Shown here: positions 41,276 to 53,334 of the stretch, in pieces | Layout: each line of letters opens with the position of its first letter | Position numbering within the stretch: position 1 is the stretch's first letter | NCBI RefSeq assembly: GCF_037042905.1 | Contig: NC_087251.1 | Span: 47,494,001-47,558,000, forward strand | DNA length: 64,000 nucleotides | Reading direction: 5' to 3' | DNA from: Lytechinus pictus | Taxonomy: Eukaryota | The notes under the pieces: model-generated | What the model saw: only the letters and a program-made list of their open reading frames with translations | What the model was told of the DNA's origin: nothing | Databases searched by the model: none | Made by a program: the position numbers and the translations under genes

Positions 41276-41691
41276 TATGTTCTATTCTTTATTTTTGTCT
41301 TCAATTTCAAATATAGATGACAATTTCTACTGCTTGTTCAATTCCTTTCAACTTTTAACAATGAAGGCTTATACAATTTTCTTATTTTTCCCACTTTCAC
41401 ATGAATCATTAATATATTTTATCAACCCAAGTTCCAAGATCAATGATCATACCAGACTATTTTATGTTCAATCTGAACTGACAAAGACCCACGTAACTGG
41501 TGTCTACATTGTAGTCTACACGTAAGCAGATAAAACCATGACTACTAGTCTCCATTCTCCAAACCCTCTGTTTGTGTCAAATAGAAATGCCTGCGCAACC
41601 ACAATCTAGTCTCCAAGTTCAGACCCTGCATTGTATGCACTGTGCAAAAACCAAGAGTACATGCCTGCAGACGAACTGGTGTCCATGTTAA

Positions 41692-42092
41692 AGATAAATT
41701 ACCAGTTGTGGTAACGATCTCAAAATGAGTTCAACTTCAAACAGAATCCAATTAAATTACCACCAAAGTGTTTGTATACGAATTAAAATTATGTGCCAAA
41801 TAGCTCTGAAAGAAAATGTGCAAAAATAATAAGCACGGAATTCCATCAAATATCGGGTATTTTGAAGCAATACTAGTGCACTGTCCCTTATATGCTATTC
41901 TGTGTTAGTGATCATTAGAAATATTGATTTTGAGCTCAGATTTCATGATTTTACAAAGATTACATTTAATGGAACAGATATAGATGTATGAAAATATTTT
42001 GACAATTAACCTTGATTTAAAAGACTTTCTCACCGAAATAATTGTCTGCAATAATAAACTGAATTGTCTGCTGCAACTACTGTTTTTTACCT
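41692..42092. mobile_element. Kolobok-like MITE, diverged inverted relative of 3008-3402
   Basis: TTAA flanks; termini match the reverse complement of the 3.0-3.4 kb element. Confidence 0.65.
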
Positions 42093-42817
42093 TTAATAGT
42101 TTAATTGCAGGGATTTTATGTTGACTTATCTACTCAGACACACTGTCCTGAAGGGGAGTACAAACATACAGTACTACAAGGCAGAGTATCAAGAGATGAT
42201 AACATACTTGGACAAATAGCAAGCAGGCCAATCAGAGCTGATTCAGATGTTTGATTAATAGCTTATCGTATCTTCTTCATACAAAGTATTTTTTGTAAGA
42301 CAAAAAAAACGGGTCTAAACCAGCCATATAAAATCTATTGCAGTCTACCCCATTGGTATATAGTTTGCTAATAATTTATAAACTGAATTTCATTTCCTTT
42401 TGTTTATTTAATTATAAACCAAGTAAATTTAACCAATATCGGCTTAAGATTGTGCGTTGAATGCAAATAATCTAAAATTAAGATCATGAGCGGATTGTTA
42501 CTAAAACACCAGCCACAGCTCATGGGGGATCTGCAGGATAGGACATGATTATTCAAATAATTACGCATATGTGCACGCTGCACAATGTGAAATTTAGGGG
42601 ATCTATAAGTAAATCTATTCAGGAGGTTAGGTTACATATCAGTACTAGAAGACTCTAAAATATAAAGCAGTCTAAAAAAAAAAAGTTTGATTTTTAAGAA
42701 AACAAAATAGGGGCCTAAATAAGTTATTTTTCATTGTTTTTATGAAGACCTATCTCAGGTTTAGAGATTACAAGACAAGATTGAAAGCTTCAAAATAACT
42801 AGATGTCAATCTTATTA

Positions 42818-43217
42818 GGGCCGTCTGCCCCATCCAGAGTTTTCAAATTAGCGCACTTTTTCTGATCCGGCAAATTATCCCGATCTGAACAATCTCGAGA
42901 TTATTTGCAATGGAGACGCAATTATCGCGCTAGTTCGTAGGATTAATCTCGAGATTGCAATCCCAAGTCAACTTGGGATTATTTGCAAAATAACACGCTA
43001 TTTTACGAATTATCGCGCTAATTCGCAGGTGCAGACGCACTCGGGATTATTTATTCACAGCGTCAGACCATAATGCATCGATGCCTCGCTAGAGCAGGAA
43101 TCGCTCTTCTTGCGATGGTGGAGACGGGGTTTCTTGAATCTCGAGATTAATCGCAAAGAGGGCCGATCGGGCTAAAATCTCGAGATTGAGCAAACTCGGG
43201 ATGGTGCAGCACCGCCT
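42818..43217. mobile_element. Harbinger-like MITE
   Basis: Imperfect TIR around ctgcMccatccMgagttt, TTA TSD, internal aatctcgagatt palindromes. Confidence 0.7.
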
Positions 43218-43481
43218 TTAGTGTAGAAAAACAAAACATTTATCTACACATGACTAAACATGTCTAGACACTGAAGGGAGCTTCATCTCTCTCCCTTAGT
43301 TGCCATGGATACAGTTAAAGCACAGAGCAGGTCCATGGTTAACCGTTAAAGTTTTAAAATGGAGAGTGCAATGTGAATCTTCATCAGAGAAGGGGGGGGG
43401 GTCAGATACTCCATCATTATTAATCTCAGCATCCTCATCATCAAATAACAACCAATAGTGACTCAGATCAGATGCCTTTAA

Positions 43482-44065
43482 AGGAGAATGAAACTCTTGG
43501 GGCAAGTTAGCTTTTGTGAAAGCAGAAAAATCAAAGAATAAGATCAACAAAAGTTTGAGTAAAATAGGACTAGCAATAGAAGAGTTATGAGCATTTGAAT
43601 GTCGAGATCACTAATGCTATGGAGATCCTCCCATTGGCAATGCGACCAAGATCTATGATGTCACAGATGAACAACTCTCCCCTTTTGGACACTGAAAATA
43701 TACCCCAAAACATCTCTTTTTGCTCATTCTAATCATATGACAAACGATTCATCAATGATATAATGTTGTGAAACCTCTGCACTTGTCCTCTCATAAAGAG
43801 AACACCTCACCTTGTGATAGACTCTATAAAAGTGAGAATATAAGTGAAATAAGTACTAAAGTAATGAGGGAGTTGTACGTGTGTGACATCACAGATCTTG
43901 GTTGCATTACCAATGGGAGGATCTACATGGCATTAATGATCTCAATATTCAAATGCTCATAACTTTCTTATTATTCATTCAATCTTCCTCAAACTTTCAA
44001 CAATATGTTTCTTTGATTTTTCTCTTTGATATGGATTCAGCTGGTTTCAAGGGTTTCATTCTCCT
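43482..44065. mobile_element. Kolobok-like MITE with long fold-back arms
   Basis: Perfect 13-bp TIR AGGAGAATGAAAC, TTAA flanks, internal inverted arms about 43585-43665 vs 43882-43965. Confidence 0.85.
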
Positions 44066-47000
44066 TTAAGCTCACTTTAATATTAATAGGTCTATTCATT
44101 TTTACTACAGTCTACAAGTAAGTCAGCAAAATATGTTGCGCAAACCATGGATATACAAGCCTACTACTATCAATTTCCTACAGGGTGAACGCCATTAATA
44201 CTTTCTCATTCATAGGAAAATGAGCTGGCTTCATAATCACTGATTTACTACTGAATATTTAAATCCCAATTCCCTTTTGACAGACGCCACCTGGTGCCTA
44301 TATCTGAAGATGAAAGGCCCATCCATTGCACTGGTAATGATTCACAACCAGGTACATACATCACGGTGGAGGTTGTTGTCAACCAAAAAAAGGAACAAGC
44401 TGGGTTTTTTTTTCTTCTTCCTTTTTTTTACTCTCAGACTACTCAATCAAGCAGGAGGTACGGATTGAGAAGTCAAGTTAAACAAAAATAAATAAATAAA
44501 CAAAAAACAATAGAAAGACAGAAAAAAAAAGATGACGAAATGGGATTAAAAAAAAAAAGAATTGAAAATTGAAGACATTACTTGTAAATAGTTTAATTAT
44601 GCTTGATTTGTTATTTTTGTTTATAATTGGTCTGTGCTGACTCAATAAAACATATTAATACAAAAAAAAGCTCATTATGTACATAACTCTTCTTTACAAA
44701 CAAGCGCCATATAAGTAATAATAATAATAGTGCATGGTGGGCATGGTGGGGGTGGGTCAAAAGGTCAAGTATCGCATATGTTGATGTTATACTTATTTCA
44801 TTATCATTGATGGAAGTTTTTCTCCTTTTAGTATTCCATAAAATTATTTTATGTATTCCATCATTCTTTTCTGATTCACATTTATTCAGGTGACCCAACT
44901 TAACAAGCACACTGCTATTGGTATGGGCATCCAATTTTCCGCATATGCATATATAAAACAAATTATTGTGCATTTGTTATTGATACATCATCTGTCTAAT
45001 GTCTCATTTCACTTTAATGCTTTGTAATGTTTGTTTGTACATGTATATTCATGATCATTTTAAATGGAAAATGAATGAAAAAAAAGGAAGACATTGAAAA
45101 AAAAGAGAGAATGTAGCCCTAGGCCTCCTGGTTGATGACACGAACAAAATGAAATTGATATTTGAGGGAAAAGACCAAAACTAAAATAAAAAAATAAGCC
45201 CTACTGATTTGGCTTACATCCTGGGTTCTTTTAACAAATAAAATCAGTAGGTCTGTGTCTACATGTTTATTTCCAATAGAAAATGAAAGCATGGAACTTC
45301 CTTTAAAAGTTGTATCCGCTATCAACTTGACCTCTAAGTACTATTCCACTTAATTTTTCCCACATTAAAAAAAGAAAAACAATGCAGTATACTATGCAAG
45401 CTAAATATTATCTTGATTCCTAAATGAGTACAAACTTCACCACAATCCAGGAGCTTCATGTTTATGTTATAATAATGTAGGCTTGAAGCAAATTTGGTAC
45501 ACAGCCAACATCTAGACAAGGAAGATCTAATATCTCATTCATGTTGGTTACAATTTTTAATTATTTATAGATGCTAATATTTCATAATTGTAAGAAATTG
45601 AGTCTAAACATGTCATTTATTCTTTCTTTCCCTTGACTCTTCAACGCTGATATCCACTAAAAATTAAGGTCAATATTTTATTAAGACCAACTCTTAGCAC
45701 TATGAAAATATTTTGAATGGTGAAAAATATTGAATTTAAAAAATCATAAGCATATTTAAGGTCAATAATGAATACTGTTTAGGGGTCTCCCTCACTAGAA
45801 AAAGACATACATCTTCATTTCATTTTATTATCTTGAACAATCCATGGCCTTGCATGATCTATAATTGACCTCAATGTCCCTCTCACTTGCCCCTGATAGC
45901 TTTAATCCTTTTTTTTATATTTCATTTCCCATTTGTGCTGATATGCTGTAAAAATTAATAGGTATATATATACATATAGGCCTCTTGATTTAAAAAAAGC
46001 AGCACTGCCTTTTTGAAAAAAGGAGACCTTCAAATTTACGAAGAAACTTATTTTGAATAGGAGTCACAAACTAATCTTCTCAATGTATAACTCCTGCATA
46101 TTCTAGAAAACCATTTACAGCTCATTCCATTCCCACAAACCTAGCCGCGCCCACCCTCACGAAGGGTGAACAAACTCATTGTCATTTACCTTTTATCTCC
46201 CATTTTGAAGGGGGTGTGGATTTTCATACCAAATAGTGTAAAATAAGTATTTTTCTCAGAAAAGCATGGATACAACATACTCAATATTCCTTTACCCACC
46301 CTACTAAGAAAACCACAGTGGTATGTGATAATTTTGTCGCAGTGAAATAAAACTAGGCAGGGGTCAGGGATCAACTGGTCTGACCCCTCTTGGAATGCCT
46401 ACCTTTCATTTCACTGCTCCTTCTCCGCTCCAGAGTTATTACCTTTTCTCCTCCTCCTTGATGTACATGCACATCCAGATATTTGAAATATTTTTGAGTT
46501 GGTACATTGAACAGAGTACCTTTCAGAATATAATTAGGCCGAGTTCTGTACAAGTCAGACAGCACAGTCTCTAGCAAGACATCTCACAACAAGAAATTTT
46601 TGATATAATGCCAGTCTGTTCTACAGATCTGGATATTTAATTGGATTATCAGTTTTGTCCCAGGTTATGATGGAAAAGATCTAAAATAAATGTTTTTTCT
46701 TCGATAAATTGAAAGTGCAACTTTACATTTTTAAAATTGTTGGGTACCCGATTGAAATTAAATTCTTATATGGTAACTCAGTTGTCTCTCTATTACTCAT
46801 AAAAAAGTATGAAACATAGACATATTGAACAAAAGTTAATGATTGATGTCACTTTTGGCAAAAGATCAGTTTACAGTTTACAATAAGCCTGAAGGCAAGT
46901 GTAATTGTCTGCAGCCAATACAAGGAAGAAATATTTCAGGATCTCCCTCATTTACATTATAATATATTATCACATCTAACATTTTTGTTGCGATGGCAGT

Positions 47001-47943
47001 GAAGGGGGAGAATCAAGAAACAGATGGAGAGAGAGGGGAAGAAACAGAGACAAAGAGAAATAGGGAAGACAGAGATCTATAGAGAGAGAGAAGACATGTC
47101 GGAGATATGTGGACAATTACTACTAGTTTGGGCAATTACCATTCAGTTATCATCCAGAATATATCACAATACTCTGAACTAAAGAATAAGCTTACAAAAC
47201 TATAGCTTCTTCCATTTAATTGTTTTGAACCACCCCCCCCCCCCCTGTATAAACAATAGGCTTTAATAGACTAATTTACTAATATAAAATAATAATACAT
47301 ACTAATTAACTAAAAATTCAGAGCATCAAAGCCTGTTTGCATTAGGTACATATAATAATAATCAGCGGTGGTAGATATCCAGGGAGTTAGATCCATGGGG
47401 AGGACCAAGTAGGGGGGGGGGGTGGCCTAAACCAAAAACACCTTTCTTTTACATTTTTTGAGGGGTGTCAACAAATATCTTTTGACAGTAAAATATAGGC
47501 ATACCAGTAATGAAGACCCCTTTTTCAGAAAATAAGGCCCCCCCCCCACCTTGTAAATCCTGGATCCTCCATTGATTTAATTTATACATGTATAGCAACT
47601 AAAAAACAGTTTCAAACATGGGGGGGCTCCATTAAAAAATATTGTGCCCCCTGGAGGACTAGCACAGACAACCAATATGCCCTGAGCATTTTTTCAATCA
47701 GTCGAATTGCATGTTTCTTTATGTTTGGGATTTGAGATTTCAAATAAAACAGGCTGACACCAACATAGGCCAATGTTAAAACTTACAAAAAGGCCTTTAA
47801 ATCATAAGAATGATGCCTCTAGAGACAAAATAGTGGCAGAATTGAAGATTTTGTAGGTGGGGGAAGTCAAATGGAGGGCAGATGAGAATGTAGTGGGCAT
47901 AGCATGGGGGAGGGCGTTTACTCTACAATGTTTTCTTCATGTA

Positions 47944-48323
47944 TACCCCTTTCATAAACCCATCCTCCAATTAGCCGCCTAAGAGTAATGCGGATAATTC
48001 AATAAAAATTGCGTTCACAAACTCCGAAAATAATCCGCACTATTTTTACGAGCGCCCGTCCTGAAAAAGGCGGATAATCGTCATGGCAACCACACACACC
48101 CCCTCCGATGCGGTTGTGTTGGAAAAGGGTGACCTTGTGACCGCACCATGGCAATTATCGGCATTACTTTGGATTGCGTTCATAAAGTCAAAATCTGGTC
48201 CCGATGCCGCTATTAAGCGGATAATTGCAGCATCAAAATAATGCAGATAACTCTGGTCCTCCTCCGATTTTACGACCAAATTATGCTGCTATTAGCCGCA
48301 TAATTGGGTTTATGAAAGGGGTA
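47944..48323. mobile_element. MITE with 19-bp perfect TIR
   Basis: tacccctttcataaaccca / tgggtttatgaaaggggta. Confidence 0.8.
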
Positions 48324-48722
48324 TTAAATTGGGGGGTGGAACAGGGGTGCTGCCATTGGATAAAAAAATATTTGCAGCATGAATATTGTATATGTTGTAC
48401 AAAACAAAATATTTAACCTCTCCTTGGTCTAACAATTAGAATTCATCAAATTCTGGGCCAATCATGCCAATGTGGATCATACAAAAATAACACTTCATAC
48501 TTCCAGTGGCAGATTCAAACTCTGTCATACATCTGTAGGTCAAATGTCATCACATTCACACATCCTCCTGCCATTCTCAGACTCAAGCAAAGCACACAAG
48601 CACAAGTGTGAAAAGGGAATATTATGGAAATACAGAGGCCACGTGCATGCACTTATCTCCCTTCAATATTAATAAGACAGCTCAAGCCACGACGACAGAG
48701 CCATGAAGATGTTGATAATTAC

Positions 48723-48869
48723 CTCAGCTCCTCCCGTATCTACAATGGTTTCCTTTTGTGATACTGATGTCACCTTCACGCTTTTCCTATCACTCGTCGA
48801 CTCGTCCACGGCAGTCCCACCATTCTTGGTCATGTCATATTGGTTCTTCTTGCTAAATATTTTGCCCAT
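48723..48869 (-). CDS. Gene 1, distal first coding exon (49 aa, MGKIFSKKNQYDMTKNGG...TGGAE), N-myristoylation-type N-terminus
   Basis: ATG in aaaATGG context, M-G-x-x-x-S-K-K motif, 147 nt ending at GAG|GTAATT donor in phase 0; CpG-richer sequence upstream. Confidence 0.8.
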
Positions 48870-49700
48870 TTTGTCCCCTTCGCTTCAGCTCTCCTGCCCT
48901 TAAAGAAATCTCTGACAATGACACTTCGCTCCAATTATCACCATTTGACGGCGTTTTGTTGCAAAAAGGGCTACACCTCCCGGCCGCACGTGTATCTCGA
49001 TTACTGGAAATCTGTGCAGGTTTCTTTTCGCATCAGCGGTAAACTTCTTTACAATGCAGTCTTTCACTGAAATTCGCCGGTGGGGTTGAATCCTTCGCAA
49101 ATTGTATCGTATTGTCCCTTTCTTCGAGCTCTATCCACGTGTATATAATCCAACAGTCCGTTTAACAAGATCTGTTATGATGTACCTAATCTCATCTCCT
49201 AACAAAACGAAATTAATAGTTTCCTTCTGCGACAGGTTTCCTAATACTATCCCGCAAAGACATTCAGCGACCTTCTCAACCAAACCAAAGATTCCCGCTC
49301 GTCGTGTTGTGTATGTAGCATAAGCAGCTAAAACGCGGGGCCTTTCTGTTCGGGGAAATTATCGGATGGTGTATGTATCAGACCGACTGCCTGGCCCTGC
49401 CTGGCGCGTGTCAGAACAACTATTTGGCATACAACTTTAACCTTGACCTGTCTTAAGAGCTTTGTTAAATTTGTTAGTATTTTAAGCTTATTGTAATAGG
49501 TCTTATATCGAAAGTGAAAGTCCACTGTAATCTCTTGACTGACTGATTAACATAACCGGTAGCCGAAAACCCGTGCGCATTTTCTTCGCCGAGCTGATGT
49601 ATTACGCAACCATCATCAGACAGTCATCAATCAACATGTTCGATGACTGTCCGAATGAAGTTTTAATTCATCTCCATCTACGGTAGATTCCTTTAGTGTG
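48870..49700 (-). promoter_or_regulatory. Probable 5' UTR and promoter region of gene 1
   Basis: Repeat-free and locally CpG-enriched sequence directly upstream of the MGKIFSKK ATG; TSS not determinable. Confidence 0.45.
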
Positions 49701-50036
49701 ACACGACTGAGTGATTATTCAACATCGCTGGAAAAAAAATCATCGTGTTGCATGAATTTTCAAAAGCATTTGACATCCATATGTTTTCTGGTAATTGCTT
49801 TGTCTTTCCTCATCTACGGGAAAATTTTATGCTTATATCTGACTTCAGAGACCGTAAAGAGCGATGTCAAGTGCGAGAAAAAATGTTAATGTTGCAGATG
49901 GAAACAGGCGCAATACCCCTAGTGCACCCTAGCCCTCCGCCCAAAAACAGATGGTGTCGCACCCCGACATTCTACCTTGGGGTCACCCAAGCCTGCACCC
50001 ATCTCTCGAACCCATGTGGAAGTTATCGCGACTTAC

Positions 50037-50170
50037 GGTGGTGGTGGTGGCCGTGGTGGTGGTGGTGGCGGTGGTGGAGGTGGTGGTGGTGCATTGGTGG
50101 TGATGATAAGGTCAATTGTTGGTGCTAATTCTAGTGTGGTGCAGGTTGTTGTGGCGGTGACGGTTGGTGT
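50037..50170. repeat. (GGT)n microsatellite
   Basis: Direct inspection. Confidence 0.85.
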
Positions 50171-50329
50171 GCAAGTTTATCAGTAGGGCCTATATAATGA
50201 TTTTGAGAAGGACACAATATATCATAACGAAGATAACCTCACAAGTATAGTCGCGAGCGAGCAAATGAGACGTGAAAATCTGATAGTGACATATCTCAAC
50301 ATAATAGTCATAAAATAATTTTATATTAA

Positions 50330-50750
50330 AGGTCAAGTCCACCCCAGAAAAACGTTGCTTTGAATAAACAAAGAAAACTCATACATGAAAATTATGACTT
50401 TTTAAAGTTTCACTTATTTTTTACAAAACAGTTCAATTCACAACTCAGTGACACGCAAATGAGACAGTCGATGATGTCCCTCACTCACTGTGTATTTTGT
50501 CCTTTTTTTTTGGTACTTTTTTTCATCTTTTTTTTACAGATTTGACAAGAAGAGCCAACTTGACTGAACATTATATTAAACAATGCTAGTTCCATATGTT
50601 CAGGGAGGAATTAATCGTTATATCGCTTGACAATGAGGAGAAAATTAGAATATTTAATTTTTCATATAATAAAATACAAAGAAATAGTGAGTGGATGATG
50701 TCATCAGTCTCCTCATTTGCATAACGACCAGGATGTGCATCTAACTATTT
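50330..50750. mobile_element. Kolobok-like MITE, truncated, inverted relative of 52224-52822
   Basis: ttaaaggtcaagtccacccca start; body matches reverse complement of the 52.2-52.8 kb copy. Confidence 0.7.
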
Positions 50751-50756
50751 CTTTAA

Positions 50757-51460
50757 CCCTAAAAGGACTGGGGGCCATGATGCCCCCCCCCCCCCCCGAC
50801 GCTTCCGCGCGATATTTCCGAAACGCAAAAAGATAGCGCCGCAGAATTTTATGACTTTTTTCTTTGAAGTCTCGCACAACTTTTGAGATCAAATGCCATC
50901 GCGACGTCACGTGACTTTTTACGAGGCAATGTCATGCCGAAAATGGCTCATTTTTATACTTTGTCAGTTTGTATACAAAGTCTATGGGAGATGAAATTCA
51001 TAAAAGGGTGATTATGTTTTGTTTTAATTGGTCTGCTTAAATAATTTTAGTGTTTAATTTAGTTGCTAAATGGTCTGTAATAATTTCCATTGAAAAAACA
51101 ATGATAAACAAAAGATGAAAAAACAAAAAAATACATAAGAAATTCTAAAAACAAAGAAATACCTAAGGAAAAAATTGGCTTTTGCAATTTTTCTTTGTGG
51201 AAACCTTTAAATAAGATTACAATTATGACATCTGCAAAAAAAGAAGAAAATTTGAAGTGAAATAGGGTGTTAAATATGCAAATAATATTTTTCATTAATA
51301 AATTTGCATATTATTTTTATTCATAATAATTAAAAAATAATTCTTTTCAGAATTGTTTTTTGTACGTAGCTTGTATAGTATATGTGGTAAAGAATGTGCG
51401 TGCCAAATTTCGACGCGATCGCGCCATTGGCAGCCGAGATCAGAAAGGGGGGGGGGCATC
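50757..51460. mobile_element. piggyBac-like non-autonomous element, one end only
   Basis: TTAA|CCCT start followed by G/C runs; no matching AGGG|TTAA end found. Confidence 0.4.
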
Positions 51461-52223
51461 ATGCATGCCTAGCAAAATCTCTAGTCTTGCCTTTTCTCGA
51501 CATTTCCCGTGACATTTTCATTTTGGGACTCTTAAAAGGGGGTGTGCCCCATCTGGATATGCTACTGGTGTAAGGCATACAGTTCATGAGTCAACTCGAG
51601 CGAGTGACCGCAAAAAAAAAGAAGAAGAAGAAGAAGAATTGAAGGGGAGTGAGGGAAGGTGGGCTAGTTTGATACCGGCTCGGCAGACAGGAAATGTTAA
51701 TTTTGAAAGTTTGTTGATTATGATTAGTGTGAACCATGCAGGACATGTGTTTGAAAACTCTTTCATGTCTTAAGGCCGTAATATGTCAATTTGTTTACAG
51801 CAGTTTGCACTGCATATAACGATTAATTTTCTTTTCAATGTTTTAAATATTGATACCATGATAATAAGAAGCCAAGCGATGTGCAGCATCAATGGGGCAG
51901 TGGGGACCGCCCCTCTATGATTTCCAAGAAGTTAAAAGAGAAAAGCTATGGAACACAAAATAAAAAGAGATAGCTCAAAGAATAACACAAGTTACTGAAA
52001 AAGTAATATTTCATCGAGTATTTACAACCCCTGTCATGCCTCAAGGCTTTGTTTTATTGAAGAAAATGCCGCCCTTCCTTTCCAAATATTATACGACTGA
52101 CTCTCCTTATAGAGCGTGATTACAGCTTTGTGGTAACACTTCATAATGAGATTTATATCGGAATTTTATTATCCGTTGATTTTTTTTCGAAAATTCGAAT
52201 CCTATACATTTTAGGATATTTAA

Positions 52224-52822
52224 AGGACAAGTCCACCCCAACAAAAAGTTGCTTTGAAAAAGAGAAAAATTCAACAAGCATAACACTGAAAATTCCATCA
52301 AAAAAACGGATGTAAAATAAAATAGTTATGACATGTTAAAGTTTTGCTTAATTTCACAAAACAGTTATATGCACATCCTGCATGGTCGATATGCAAAATG
52401 AGGAGTCTGATGATGTCATCCACTCACTATTTCTTTTGTATTTCATTATATGAATTTCTTATTTTCTCCTCATTGTCAAGTGAAACAATGATTAATTACT
52501 CCCTGAACATGTGGAATTAGCATTATTTAATACTTTATGGTTCAGTCAAGCTGGTCCTTATTGTCAAATATGTGAAAAAAAATGAAATATTGTATATAAT
52601 TCAAACAATTGAAAAAAAAGAAATAGTGAGTGAGGGACATCATCGTCTGTCTCATTTGCATGTCACTGAGTTGTGTATATGTTTGGTGAAAAATAAGTGA
52701 AAGTTTAAAATGTTATAACTTTCTTATGTTACACCCGATTTTGATGAAATTTTCAGCGTTATGCTAGTTTGATTTTTCCCTATTTATTCAAATCATTTTT
52801 TTTTCTGGGGTGGACTTGACCT
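52224..52822. mobile_element. Kolobok-like MITE
   Basis: 16/17 TIR aggacaagtccacccca, TTAA flanks. Confidence 0.85.
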
Positions 52823-53334
52823 TTAACGCCCCAGGCTCTCACGATATTTGTTTCCTATTAACACTTGCATTACAAATTAGTGATTAAATATCATACAAAC
52901 AACAATTATATCCTGACACGTCTAGCCCATTTCATATCTTGAGAAATTGTTTCAATATAACAACAAACAAAATTGATATACCTGGTTGTATGTAGACCCG
53001 ACTTAAAATGAACTTTCATGTAAAATCGATAAATTTCATCCACTTGAGCACTGAGACACAAAAGGGATTACATGTCGTTTAGTTACACATTCATAATTTT
53101 TATGTATGAAAATTGAATAGACCAGTTAGTCTAGCTTTAATTCTAGCAAATCCCCCCCCCAAAAAAAAAAAAAAAAAAAAAAAAAAATCAGTGCCATTAT
53201 TCAAATTCAGTACTTTTATATAACTGTGTGTGCCCTAAAATTACGATATGATAACTTATGAACGGTGCAAAATAAAAATGGGCATGTTGTATTGGATATT
53301 TACCAATTTCAATGTCTGCGCATTTTTCCCCTTT

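Noticed and set aside
44277..44491. Overlapping plus-strand ORFs in a GC-richer patch
   Set aside because: Non-ATG starts, run into T and A homopolymers, no consistent splice partner
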